Source: Candidatus Kaiserbacteria bacterium
Lineage (GTDB): Bacteria; Patescibacteriota; Minisyncoccia; Phycocordibacterales; UBA2100
Direction: 5' to 3'
Assembly: GCA_016432285.1 (NCBI GenBank)
Contig: CP066682.1
Span: 439,072-503,071, forward strand
Length of the DNA stretch: 64,000 nucleotides
Numbering within the stretch: position 1 is the stretch's first letter; each line of letters opens with the position of its first letter. The position numbers and the translations under genes were made by a program. Shown piece by piece: positions 9,359 through 18,596 of this stretch. The notes beneath the pieces are model-generated. The model did no database searches. It saw only the letters and a list, made by a program, of their open reading frames with translations, and was not told the DNA's origin.

Positions 9359-10771
9359 TCAATGCATCGCCTGCGGCGCATGCTTCGGCTCGCGGAGCGC
9401 GAATGCGCCGAGGAGCGCCGCGAGCGCGGCGAAGATCGCACCAGCGAAGAAGGCTGCCTGGTAGCCGCTGTTGAGCGCAAGCGTGCCTGCACCCGCGCCG
9501 CCGGCCCCTATCGTGACGGCCGCGGCGATCGCGGCGAGGATCGCGAGGCCGAGGCTTCCGCCCATCATGAATGCGGTGTTGACGACGCCCGATGCGAGGC
9601 CTGTTTCTTGCTGCGGCACATCGCCCATCGCGGCGAGCAAGACGGGGTTAAAAGCCATGCCTGCGCCGAGCCCCAAAAGGAGCATGCTCGGGAAAACGTC
9701 GACCCAAAAGCTGCCGTCGATCGGCGCGCGCGCAAAAAGAAGAAGGCCTGCTGCGGCGAGCACGAGCCCCACGCCGATCGGCGCACGGATGCCGAATTTC
9801 ATTACGACCCACGCTGAAAGTCCGATCGAGAAGGCCGCCATGATGAGGTTGGCCGGGAGGAAGGCGAGGCCCACTTCCTGCGGGCCGTATTGCAGGATGA
9901 GCTGAAGGTAGAGTGCGGCAAGGAAGAACCACGCGAACATGGCGGCCGCCCAGAAGACGCCCACCACGCTCGAAATGGCGAGGTTGCGATTCTTGAAGAT
10001 GTCGAGCGGGACCAGCGGGTGCGAGACGCGCGATTCGATCCAGAGGAAGATGCCGAAGAGCACGATCGCGCCAAGGAGAAGGCCGAGAGTTTGGAAAGAT
10101 CCCCAGCCGACTTCGTTGCCGCCGATGATCGCGTAGATCGCGAGGAGCAGCGAGGCCGTCACGGTGACCGCACCCGAAAAGTCTAGCCGCTCTCCGTGCG
10201 AGACTCCCGGCATTTTCGGGAGGAGGTAAAGGCAGGCGATGAAGACGCCGATACCGATGGGGATGTTGATGAGGAAGTTGAGGTGCCAGTTGATCACCGT
10301 GAGGAGCCCGCCGAGAAGGACGCCAACCGATCCACCGCCCGCCATGATGAAGCCGAAGACGCCCATGGCCCGCGCGCGCTCGCGCGGGTCGGGAAAGATA
10401 TTGATAACGAGCGAGAAGGCGATCGCGCTCGCCATCGCGCCTCCGATCCCTTGGATTGTGCGCGCGATGATCAGCATCTCCTGCGTGGAGGCAAGTCCGC
10501 ACGCGAGGGAAGCGAGCGTAAAGACCGAAAGGCCGGTGAGGAAGAGCCGCCGCTGACCGTACAAGTCGCCGAGCCGGCCGCCAAGAAGGAGGAAGCCGCC
10601 GAAGGTGAGGAGGTAGGCGTTGACCACCCACACGAGCGAGGCGTCGCTAAAAAGAAGATCCGATTTGATCGAGGGGAGCGCGACATTCACGACCGACATG
10701 TCGAGCACGATCATCAGGTTTCCGATGCAGAGTGTAGCAAAAGCCCACCAGCGTGTGCTCGCGTCGATCAT
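9359..10771 (-). CDS. DHA2 (EmrB/QacA) family MFS efflux transporter
   Basis: LDMSVVNVALP, GGRLGDLYGQRR motif A, about 14 TM segments. Confidence 0.93.
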   Translation of the reverse strand: MIDASTRWWAFATLCIGNLMIVLDMSVVNVALPSIKSDLLFSDASLVWVVNAYLLTFGGFLLLGGRLGDLYGQRRLFLTGLSVFTLASLACGLASTQEMLIIARTIQGIGGAMASAIAFSLVINIFPDPRERARAMGVFGFIMAGGGSVGVLLGGLLTVINWHLNFLINIPIGIGVFIACLYLLPKMPGVSHGERLDFSGAVTVTASLLLAIYAIIGGNEVGWGSFQTLGLLLGAIVLFGIFLWIESRVSHPLVPLDIFKNRNLAISSVVGVFWAAAMFAWFFLAALYLQLILQYGPQEVGLAFLPANLIMAAFSIGLSAWVVMKFGIRAPIGVGLVLAAAGLLLFARAPIDGSFWVDVFPSMLLLGLGAGMAFNPVLLAAMGDVPQQETGLASGVVNTAFMMGGSLGLAILAAIAAAVTIGAGGAGAGTLALNSGYQAAFFAGAIFAALAALLGAFALREPKHAPQAMH

Positions 10772-10776
10772 ACAAT

Positions 10777-11178
10777 TTATGCGCGCGCGGGTTGCAAGAG
10801 GCTCACTCTGTTGCCCTCGCTGTCTTCGATCGAGATGTAGAGACCCACGCCCGGAATCTCGTCGGGCTCACCAGCAGTTCGCGCGCCGATCACCTTGCCG
10901 CCGGATTCCTCCACGCGCTTCATTGCCGCGCGGATGTCGTCGACGCTGATGACGACCGAAGGGTATTGATTTTCCTTCGTGCGTTCGAAAAAGCCGCCGT
11001 TGATCGCGCCCGGCGTCTTCACCATGTTGTTGGCGTCAGTCTCTGTGGTGTGGACGACCACATAACTTCCCATTTCGGGCCCGAGCTTGTCGGCGCTCCA
11101 TCCGAATGCTTTGGAGTAAAAATCTGCCATGCGGTCGCGATTCTCGTACGGCATCTCAAAGTGAACGACTGGATTCAT
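10777..11178 (-). CDS. VOC/glyoxalase family protein
   Basis: VVHFEMP..FYSKAFGW, GAINGGF, DSEGNRVSL. Confidence 0.9.
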   Translation of the reverse strand: MNPVVHFEMPYENRDRMADFYSKAFGWSADKLGPEMGSYVVVHTTETDANNMVKTPGAINGGFFERTKENQYPSVVISVDDIRAAMKRVEESGGKVIGARTAGEPDEIPGVGLYISIEDSEGNRVSLLQPARA

Positions 11179-11380
11179 AGAATAGATGAGTAGTGATTAA
11201 CGAACGTGCGGTACACACAAGCTAGTAACAGCTCACAATGTGGCCTATCATACCAAGAAATAATGAAGACGCGTACGGGATCGACATGAGTCAGCGGGAA
11301 CTGCGTGAACAGTATGTATTTTTGCTCGCGTTCGGCTATACTGCCGCGAGTCGTCAACGCAGAGCGCTGGCGATTCATAT

Positions 11381-11657
11381 TCCGGGGTAACTCAATGGTA
11401 GAGTGGCTCCCTGTCGAGTAGGCAGCTTTTGATCGGAAGGTCAATCGAAAATTTCGGGATAACGGTGAACCCCTCGCCTCGGCAGGGCAACACCGTGGGA
11501 ACCCTAAGAGATAGGCCGTTATGCGGCAATCTCGCGGGGGCGCCGTAGAGACTAGATACCGAAGCACCGAGATCCGGTGATGATATAGTCCACGCCTTTA
11601 AGAAATTAGAGGATTCGTGTAAGGAGTAAGTTGTGGGTTCGAGTCCCACCCCCGGAG
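11381..11657 (+). tRNA. tRNA-Asn(GTT), split by an intron (exons 11381-11414 and 11620-11657)
   Basis: Acceptor TCCGGGG/CCCCGGA plus G73; D-arm ACTC/GAGT; joined anticodon loop CT-GTT-AA; T-arm GTGGG-TTCGAGT-CCCAC. Confidence 0.92.
11415..11619 (+). ncRNA. group I intron in the tRNA-Asn anticodon (between positions 35 and 36), no ORF
   Basis: 5' exon ends in U forming a U-G pair in P1 with gtaggcagc; R-like cgtagagactag and S-like gatgatatagtcc (P7); terminal G at 11619. Confidence 0.9.
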
Positions 11658-11707
11658 CCTGAAGCAGTTGGACCCCGACGCGCGAGCGTTGGGGTCTTAC
11701 TGATTCA

Positions 11708-11808
11708 CCCCGGGGCGGGACTCGAAAGGCGGAGCGCCGAGCATCGGCGCGAGCCGGGGTCGAGAAACATTTTTTGAAAAAAATGTATTCGTGACCGAGT
11801 CCCACCCC
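11708..11808 (+). mobile_element. tRNA-3'-associated structured element, copy A
   Basis: Inverted T-arm copy (11708-11726), core aggcggagc...gagccggggtcgag...ttcgtgacc, then direct copy gagtcccacccc. Confidence 0.7.
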
Positions 11809-11885
11809 GAGAGTGATTTTGCTCGAGCGGGTGGGGCAGATCATCCAACATTGACGGGCATAATACAGAGGTTCATACTTTCCTC

Positions 11886-12860
11886 ATGAACGACTTGGCG
11901 AAACTGAAGGAGGTACTTCCAGTTTTTGAACAGATAACTGTCGCCGACCTAAAAAGAACGGAGCTAGGCGTATTTAGTTTCGACGAAATTTTCGACACGA
12001 TTGGGAGCACATATGAGTTGCTCAAGAATCTTGCAAATCAAGAAGATGTTTTAAAGGAAGATTCGTACATTCCCTCACAATTAGTAAATAGCCTGAGAGA
12101 TAACGTCAACACATTCAACAATCTGGCCAACAAGGTGCGAGAGTTCGACGTAAAGGCCGGAGACCCAACACCGCGTCGTCAAAATCTCATCGACGAAATA
12201 AAGAGTTTCAAGGCGTCTGCGATAAGTCAGCTTCACCCTCTAGTCGCGTTAGTTCAGTTGCGTCAGCTGGACCCCGCAAAATACAGCGTAGGGTTGCAAA
12301 CTATGCAGGGCGAAGTGCAGAGCATACTGAAAAAGCTAAAGGAGAAGGATGAGGAGGCCTCCAAAACACTGCAAAAAATTAAAGACGTTTCTGCCTCGTC
12401 CGGTGCAGAAGCATACGCGCACGTCTTTTCGTCACAAGCAACTATTCACAAAAATACCGCAAAATGGTGGCTCTGGGCTGGCGTAGCATTTTTTGCTATT
12501 TTGGTTCTGTATCTTATCTACCTGCTGGCTAACGGTGTTCCAACATCGGAGGATTTAGTACATGCGATTCGAGATATCTCGCTCCGTGTCCTGTTCCTCA
12601 TTGCGATCTACTTCGCCCTTACGCAGAGCATTAAGAACTACAATGTGAACAAGCATCTACAAGTCGTGAATGAGCATCGACAAAACTCACTGAAAACATT
12701 TGAGGCGTTTCTAAATGCCGCTGCAACGGACGATGTGAAGTCCGCAGTACTCTTGCAAGCGACCAAATCAATATTTGATCCAGGCAAAACGGGATATCTG
12801 CAAAAAGAAGGCCAGGTTAGTTATTCGTTCAGTGTTGCTGATATCTTCAAAAAGAGTTAG
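11886..12860 (+). CDS. low-GC coiled-coil plus 2-TM hypothetical protein in a tRNA-linked islet
   Basis: 324 aa; helical N-terminus, two hydrophobic segments; TTGACG and CATACT promoter-like boxes upstream. Confidence 0.8.
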   Translation: MNDLAKLKEVLPVFEQITVADLKRTELGVFSFDEIFDTIGSTYELLKNLANQEDVLKEDSYIPSQLVNSLRDNVNTFNNLANKVREFDVKAGDPTPRRQNLIDEIKSFKASAISQLHPLVALVQLRQLDPAKYSVGLQTMQGEVQSILKKLKEKDEEASKTLQKIKDVSASSGAEAYAHVFSSQATIHKNTAKWWLWAGVAFFAILVLYLIYLLANGVPTSEDLVHAIRDISLRVLFLIAIYFALTQSIKNYNVNKHLQVVNEHRQNSLKTFEAFLNAAATDDVKSAVLLQATKSIFDPGKTGYLQKEGQVSYSFSVADIFKKS

Positions 12861-13065
12861 AGAGTTTCGCTGATTATCTGTTTTCAACGAAAGGGATTTG
12901 CGGACGCGGATGGGAGGGTGGACCAAGTACGCATGGATTCGGGGCCCCTCTCTTCCCGCCAAAAAATCCTCAATTCAAAAAATCTTTGGCTCGAACGCGG
13001 CCGCTGCGAAGGCGGCGGCGTGGTCTTCACGTTGCGCACACCGGGAGCGGATGTAGAGTGAGTGT

Positions 13066-13215
13066 ATGCAGGATCGAGAGCACGAAGAGTGGCTAGCCGA
13101 TGAGGCCCGAAAGAACGGCAAGAAACGCACACCGCCCGCGCGGCCTCCCACCGACGATGAGGGCGAAAAGGGCGGCCCGGAGCCGCTTGGATGGGATCCG
13201 GTGCTCGGCGTATGA
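13066..13215 (+). CDS. 49-aa small protein (not in the ORF track)
   Basis: MQDREHEEWLADEARKNGKK...LGWDPVLGV*; TAGAGT box 6 nt upstream; ATGA overlap with the next gene. Confidence 0.5.
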   Translation: MQDREHEEWLADEARKNGKKRTPPARPPTDDEGEKGGPEPLGWDPVLGV

Positions 13216-13817
13216 AAAACGCACTCGTATTCGTAGGGATCGGCGGGCTCGTGATCGTTGTCGGACTTCTGCTGATTAATGGTACGTTCACGCCCTCTCT
13301 CAATACTGGTACAGTTACGGGCACCACAGATGTCGCTCTCACCATGACAAACAATCTCACACTCTCAAGCGCCGCGTTCGCCCACGAAGCCAGCATTCCG
13401 TCGGAGTATACATGCGACGGAAAGGGCACGAGCCCGCCGCTTTCGATCTCGGGCGTGCCGGAGGGCACGAAGTCGCTCGCGCTCATCGCGGACGATCCGG
13501 ACGTGCCAAAGCAGTTGAAGCCCGATGGAGTTTTCGATCACTGGGTGTTGTTCAACATTCCACCGACGACCGTCGAAATCCCCGCTGGCGGCAGCGCCGG
13601 CACCGCGGGCGCGAATGGGGCAGGGAATTACGCATACACAGGGCCATGTCCTCCGCCGCAATACGAGCCGAGCGAGCACCGCTACTTTTTCACGCTCTAC
13701 GCGCTCGACGCCGAGCTCCCACTTGCGGAAGGCGCCTCAAAGCAGGAGGTGCTCGCTGCCATGGCGGGACACATGATCCAGGAAACGCAGTTGATGGGGA
13801 AGTACAAGCGGCAGTAG
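13212..13817 (+). CDS. YbhB/YbcL (PEBP, Raf kinase inhibitor-like) protein with N-terminal TM
   Basis: YTCDG..SPPL, DDPDVP, FDHWVLFNIP, YTGPCPP, HRYFFTLYALD. Confidence 0.92.
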   Translation: MKNALVFVGIGGLVIVVGLLLINGTFTPSLNTGTVTGTTDVALTMTNNLTLSSAAFAHEASIPSEYTCDGKGTSPPLSISGVPEGTKSLALIADDPDVPKQLKPDGVFDHWVLFNIPPTTVEIPAGGSAGTAGANGAGNYAYTGPCPPPQYEPSEHRYFFTLYALDAELPLAEGASKQEVLAAMAGHMIQETQLMGKYKRQ

Positions 13818-13835
13818 GCGATTCACCATCTACTC

Positions 13836-14057
13836 ATGGATGTACGGGTACATGTGAAAGCGGGCGCCCGGAGAGAGATCTTCCGCAAAGTCCGAGAAGA
13901 TCTTTTTGAAATATCGGTTCGCGAAGAGGCGGAGCGCAACGAAGCCAACGCGAGGGTCATCGAGCTTCTGGCCGCGTATGCGGGAGTCCCGCAGAAATCG
14001 GTGCGCATTATCACGGGGGCTCGCTCACCGAAGAAGCGGCTGCGCATAGTACAATAG
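13836..14057 (+). CDS. DUF167/YggU family protein
   Basis: VHVKAGAR...AERNEAN..VIELLA...VRIITGARSPKK. Confidence 0.85.
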   Translation: MDVRVHVKAGARREIFRKVREDLFEISVREEAERNEANARVIELLAAYAGVPQKSVRIITGARSPKKRLRIVQ

Positions 14058-14061
14058 AGAT

Positions 14062-14430
14062 ATGGACGTTCGCATCAAAACCACCGACTACACTCTGACC
14101 CCGCTCACCAAGGACTATCTCGACGGCCGCATCATGGCGCTGGAGAAATTTTTGGGGGACGATTCTCCGGTCTCGCGCTGCGAGGTGGAAGTGGGACGCG
14201 ACGCGGGGCGCCCGCGGCACGGGGCCAATATCTGGTTTGCCGAGGTCCGCCTCGTGATTCCGGGCAATAATTCTATCTACGCGCGCAACAATTCCGAAAG
14301 CGTCAACGGCGCCATCGACGACGTGAAAGAGGAGATCGAGCGGCAGCTTCGGCGTGAGCGCAAGATCCACATCCGCCTCTACCGCAAAGGCGGCGCGCTC
14401 GCGAAACGCCTCATCCGATTCGGTCGGTGA
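14062..14430 (+). CDS. hpf: ribosome hibernation factor (HPF/RaiA family)
   Basis: LTP..KDYLDGRI..LEKF; AIDDVKEEIERQLRR. Confidence 0.85.
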   Translation: MDVRIKTTDYTLTPLTKDYLDGRIMALEKFLGDDSPVSRCEVEVGRDAGRPRHGANIWFAEVRLVIPGNNSIYARNNSESVNGAIDDVKEEIERQLRRERKIHIRLYRKGGALAKRLIRFGR

Positions 14431-15315
14431 TCACGCAGGCTTTGCGCCCGAGCGGAGGAATTCGTCGTACCGCATCTCGTTTTTTCCCTCCGGCTTCACC
14501 GTGTCGATCACGAGCCGGCCACCTTCGGTGTGCGCCTGAAGGATTTGCACTCGGATTTTCTTGCTTCCGCGCGTGAAAAAAGCGTGCGTGCCGGGCCAGC
14601 CTTCGTAGGCCCTGATTTTCAAGATGTTGGTGCGCGGGTCGTCGTTTACATCGAGCAGCCCGTCGTTCTTCTCAATCTTCTCGCTGTAGGTCGCGATGTC
14701 GTGATTCTGCGGCCGCGCCTCGATGGTGTCTGCGCACCACAGAGGGAGCACCTGCGCGAGCAATTTGCCCCCGGCGCTCATGAGCTGCCGCTCAAGCTGG
14801 AGGGCTCCCGGCGGCCACTCGATCGGGCTGATTGCTTTTTGCGCGATGATCGGTCCGTGATCCATCTCCTCGTCGAGGAGCATCACCGTTACGCCTGTTT
14901 TCTTTTCGTCATTGAGAATCGCGCTCCGGATGGGGGAGGCGCCGCGGAGGCGCGGCAAGAGCGAGGGGTGCACGTTGAGCACGCCGCGGCGCGGCATTTC
15001 GAGAACGCTCGAGGGCAGGATCTTGCCGAAGGCGACAACTACGAAGACGTCCCACTTGGTTGCTCCAAGCTCCGAGAGAAAGTTTGCATCAATCTTGTGT
15101 GGCTGAAGCACCGGAATCTTGTGTGCGACGGCCCATCGCTTCACTGGAGGCGGCGTAAGCTGGAGTCCGCGACCTGTTTTCTCGTCGGGCGCCGTAACGA
15201 CGAGCGCGGGCAGCAGGTGCGCGGCGGATAGCTCCTCAAGCACGCGCACCGAAAGGTCGGGCACGCCAAAAAAGACGTATCGAATTTCACTTTTGCTCTT
15301 CGGGTTCTTCGTCAT
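14431..15315 (-). CDS. fmt: methionyl-tRNA formyltransferase
   Basis: VVTAPD..GRG, LNVHPSLLPRLRGASPI, MDHGPI; adjacent to def. Confidence 0.95.
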   Translation of the reverse strand: MTKNPKSKSEIRYVFFGVPDLSVRVLEELSAAHLLPALVVTAPDEKTGRGLQLTPPPVKRWAVAHKIPVLQPHKIDANFLSELGATKWDVFVVVAFGKILPSSVLEMPRRGVLNVHPSLLPRLRGASPIRSAILNDEKKTGVTVMLLDEEMDHGPIIAQKAISPIEWPPGALQLERQLMSAGGKLLAQVLPLWCADTIEARPQNHDIATYSEKIEKNDGLLDVNDDPRTNILKIRAYEGWPGTHAFFTRGSKKIRVQILQAHTEGGRLVIDTVKPEGKNEMRYDEFLRSGAKPA

Positions 15316-15841
15316 AGATTTTGGCTGCTTTGTCGATGTAGAGGATTCCCTCGAGGTGATCCATCTCGTGCTGGAAGATGTGCGCAAGAAAGTCAGACGC
15401 CCCGCGCGTGAAAGCGCGATTGTGCTCATCATACGCCCGAATCGTCGCCTTTTCGGCCCGCATCACTTCGCCCCACTTCCCGCGCACCGAGAGGCACCCC
15501 TCGTGCTTCAGACGCTTCGTGCGCGAGATCTTGAGGATCTCCGGGTTGATGTACACCTGGTCTGGAAGGGGAGGCGTTTCTGGTTTTTCGACATCGCCGC
15601 CGATTTCGTCTGGCGCGTTGCGCGATCCTCGGGCGAGCGCCCTGCCGGAGACGATAAACAGGCGGATCGCTTCTCCCACCTGCGGAGCGGCGAGCGCGAC
15701 ACCGTACTCTTCTTTGGCGAGGAGCTTTTTCATCTCCTCAATGAGCTTTTTGATCGTGGGGCTTTCAATCTCGGCCCGTGCGATAGCCGCCGCCTTTTTG
15801 CGGAGCGCGGAGTTTTTTTCGTGAGGGATGATAGATCGCAT
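15287..15841 (-). CDS. def: peptide deformylase
   Basis: GVALAAPQ, EGCLS, QHEMDHLEG motifs. Confidence 0.96.
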   Translation of the reverse strand: MRSIIPHEKNSALRKKAAAIARAEIESPTIKKLIEEMKKLLAKEEYGVALAAPQVGEAIRLFIVSGRALARGSRNAPDEIGGDVEKPETPPLPDQVYINPEILKISRTKRLKHEGCLSVRGKWGEVMRAEKATIRAYDEHNRAFTRGASDFLAHIFQHEMDHLEGILYIDKAAKIYDEEPEEQK

Positions 15842-15875
15842 AAAATCACTATACCGTTACTTTTCGCTACCGCAT

Positions 15876-15923
15876 AAAAAAGTAGGGATCGCGGCCGGGG
15901 TGACGAGACCGCGATCCCCCTTC
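15876..15923 (-). terminator. intrinsic terminator on the minus strand
   Basis: gggatcgcgg/ccgcgatccc stem followed by a T run on the minus strand. Confidence 0.65.
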
Positions 15924-16157
15924 CGACGCTCTGCCTTGACTCAGTGCGCCGAATTGCGAGGAGAGGGAGGTAACTTCACCTCCTCCCGAGCTCGGGCGAT
16001 CGGGCGGAAATCCAATCTGCCGTCGTCGCTCCAAGTGTTCGTGGTCGCACACCTGCTCCTCCCACTGCTCCCTCCTCGCTGACGCGCTGCGCGAGGGTGG
16101 GGAGCAATCAAACCCGCGCAACTATATATTCATTTTGCGCCGTGTACAATTGCCTCG

Positions 16158-16427
16158 ATGCGGCACATCAGCACCAACATCAAGAAGACCTTCTCCAAAA
16201 CGCGCGCCACCGAGCGGGGGGAGCTCATGGAATTCTTCTGCCATCGGCTCAATATCGACCGGATCCGCGATGGCCTGCCGAAAATCACGATGGGGCGTAT
16301 GGGCAAGCTGCTCGAAGGCGTCCCGACGAAGGATCTCTACTATCTCAAGACCGTGTGCGAGGAGGCGAAGCATTTCTCCAAACGATTCTGGTTTGAGCTC
16401 AATCCCGAGAAGTACACAAAAAAATAG
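16158..16427 (+). CDS. conserved-looking small hypothetical protein
   Basis: 89 aa; TACAAT 7 nt upstream; coding-like codon usage. Confidence 0.7.
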   Translation: MRHISTNIKKTFSKTRATERGELMEFFCHRLNIDRIRDGLPKITMGRMGKLLEGVPTKDLYYLKTVCEEAKHFSKRFWFELNPEKYTKK

Positions 16428-16574
16428 CCCCATCGGGACGAGCGTCGGTCAGGGCCGAGCTCGTCCCGCGGGGCTGGCGGACGCCGTGTCGGGCGATTAC
16501 GTCCGCGACCGCTAGAGAGACTACTTCGAGCACGCGTTTTGTCAAACACGCCCGGGCGGCTACAATACGCGGGC

Positions 16575-17591
16575 ATGGCATTTTCTTTCGCGCCCAAATT
16601 GGGGATCGATCTCGGCACGACAACGGTTCTCGTTTTTGTGCCGGGCCGCGGCATCGTCCTCAATGAGCCATCGGTCGTCGCTGTCTCGCAGACCGACAAC
16701 AAGATCCTTGCAGTGGGCAACGAAGCCAAGGAGATGGTCGGCCGCACGCCCGACGAAATCATCGCGTACCGGCCCATGAAAGACGGCGTGATCGCCGATT
16801 ACCGCGTGACGGAGGCGATGCTTCGCTACTACATCCGCAAATCGCTCGGCAAGTGGAATCTTTTCAAGCCGGAAGTCATGGTCTCGGTGCCGGCGGGCGT
16901 TACCTCGACCGAACGGCGCGCCGTGGTGGAAGCGGCCACAAAAGCCGGAGCGCGCGAAGCGTACGTGGTGAAGGAGCCGATTCTCGCCGCGATCGGCGCC
17001 GGGATTCCAATCCACGAGGCGCGCGGACACATGATTGTCGACATCGGGGGCGGCACCAGCGACGTGGCCGTGATCTCTCTCGGCGGCATCGTCGCCTCGA
17101 CCTCGGTGAAGTGCGCGGGCAACGCCATGGACCATGCGATCGCCGACTATTTGAAAAAGAATTTCAATCTCGCGGTCGGCGACAAGATGGCCGAACAAAT
17201 CAAGATCCACATCGGCTCCGCCGTCCCCATGGATGAGGAGCTCACGATGACGGTGAAGGGGCGCGATTACCTCACTGGGCTGCCGCGCTCAATCGAGCTT
17301 TCGACTAATGAGGTGGTCCGCGCGATAGGCAGGGAGCTGCGGACGATGGTGAATGCGATGAAAGACGTCTTGCAAGACACACCGCCCGAGCTCGCGGCCG
17401 ACATCATCGACAACGGCATCATTATGACGGGCGGTTCCTCGCTCCTGCGAAATCTCGCCGAGCTCGTCTTTCGGCGCACCGGCGTGAAAGCGCGGGTGGC
17501 CAAAGACGCGCCTTTTTGCGTGGCCAAAGGCACGGGCGAGGCTCTGAAGCACCTCGAAGCATACAAAAAAGCGATCATCACGAAGCGCTGA
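16575..17591 (+). CDS. mreB: MreB/Mbl actin-like protein (stand-alone copy)
   Basis: GIDLGT, NEPSVVA, DIGGGTSD, MTGGSSLL. Confidence 0.93.
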   Translation: MAFSFAPKLGIDLGTTTVLVFVPGRGIVLNEPSVVAVSQTDNKILAVGNEAKEMVGRTPDEIIAYRPMKDGVIADYRVTEAMLRYYIRKSLGKWNLFKPEVMVSVPAGVTSTERRAVVEAATKAGAREAYVVKEPILAAIGAGIPIHEARGHMIVDIGGGTSDVAVISLGGIVASTSVKCAGNAMDHAIADYLKKNFNLAVGDKMAEQIKIHIGSAVPMDEELTMTVKGRDYLTGLPRSIELSTNEVVRAIGRELRTMVNAMKDVLQDTPPELAADIIDNGIIMTGGSSLLRNLAELVFRRTGVKARVAKDAPFCVAKGTGEALKHLEAYKKAIITKR

Positions 17592-17609
17592 TTTTGAGCC
17601 ATCCCCCGG

Positions 17610-17628
17610 TACAAGGTTGCACCTTGTA
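17610..17628. repeat. short REP-like palindrome
   Basis: tacaaggt-tgc-accttgta. Confidence 0.5.
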
Positions 17629-17690
17629 AAAAACCACCCTCCGCGGACGAGCCGGGGAGGGGGTTTGCCACAATGGGCGGAAGAACATCA

Positions 17691-18497
17691 TCAGCGTGCC
17701 GCAGTTGGCACGCTGAAGCCCTCGATGTAACGGCCGCGGGTCTCCTTCACCAGTCGCTGCAGATTCTCGCGGCACGTTGCCGTGCCGTAATCAGGCAGGC
17801 AGTGTGCAACGACCCGTGGAAGCACGTTGACGCGGCCCCAATTCCAGTCGTCACCCGGCTCGTCAGTGACGAGGATTATGGCGTCGGGTTTTTCTTTCGC
17901 GGCTTCCTCGAGTGCACCGAATGTGTTCTCGTAGTTGCCGCGTGTCGAAAATTTGACGCCACCTGCCTCGTACTTGCGGACCTTGCCATTGGCATAGAGC
18001 CAGACACCGACGATCTTCTTCTCGAATTTCTTGATCGCGGCGAGGTAGAAGTTGGCAGTCTCTTCACGCTTGTTCGACATCGATCCCGTGTCGTCGATGA
18101 CAAGCGCAATGCGATCGCCCTTGATCTCGGAGACCGTCTTCTCGACCGTGGCCGGCGCGATTGCCGCAGGGATCTCGAGCGTCCACCCGGGCTGCAGCGT
18201 GTTGCCATAGGCCCGCATGTAGTTGTCGTTGCAGAAGTATTTGCCGCCTTTGAGGCGACCTTTGTTTTCGGTGCGGTTGCGAAACTCATCGCTGAGGTTG
18301 CCGCAGATCCGCTCGTACTTCTGCTTGAGATCTTCTTCGTTCGCCAGCAGCATGGCTTGCCAGCTCACGCCGACCTGTTTGGCGATCCAGATCAGGTTGT
18401 TGCCCGGCTTGACCGTATAGGTCTCGTTGGCCGAGGCGACAGATGCGAAGACGAAAAGCGTCGCGAGCGCGGCGAGGATACGTGAGATTGCGAACAT
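17691..18497 (-). CDS. secreted LysM plus vWA-like domain protein
   Basis: Signal peptide; YTVKPGNNLIWIAKQVGV (LysM); LVIDDTGSM MIDAS-like motif and ILVTDE. Confidence 0.78.
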   Translation of the reverse strand: MFAISRILAALATLFVFASVASANETYTVKPGNNLIWIAKQVGVSWQAMLLANEEDLKQKYERICGNLSDEFRNRTENKGRLKGGKYFCNDNYMRAYGNTLQPGWTLEIPAAIAPATVEKTVSEIKGDRIALVIDDTGSMSNKREETANFYLAAIKKFEKKIVGVWLYANGKVRKYEAGGVKFSTRGNYENTFGALEEAAKEKPDAIILVTDEPGDDWNWGRVNVLPRVVAHCLPDYGTATCRENLQRLVKETRGRYIEGFSVPTAAR

Positions 18498-18596
18498 TTG
18501 GGTTCTCCGTTCGCTGGTTTCGTGGACCGGATTATCCGGTAGTTTCTAAGACTATTGTCCATCTGCAATTATAGCAGAATATACGTAAAAGTCAAG

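Noticed and set aside
11175-11844. ORFs overlapping the tRNA-Asn intron as a homing endonuclease
   Set aside because: They are antisense, lack LAGLIDADG, HNH or GIY-YIG motifs, and the intron is only 205 nt.
15876-16120. RNase P, tmRNA or SRP RNA
   Set aside because: The signature motifs (GAGGAAAGTCC, tRNA-Ala-like ends, SRP domain IV loop) were not found; kept only as an unknown ncRNA candidate.
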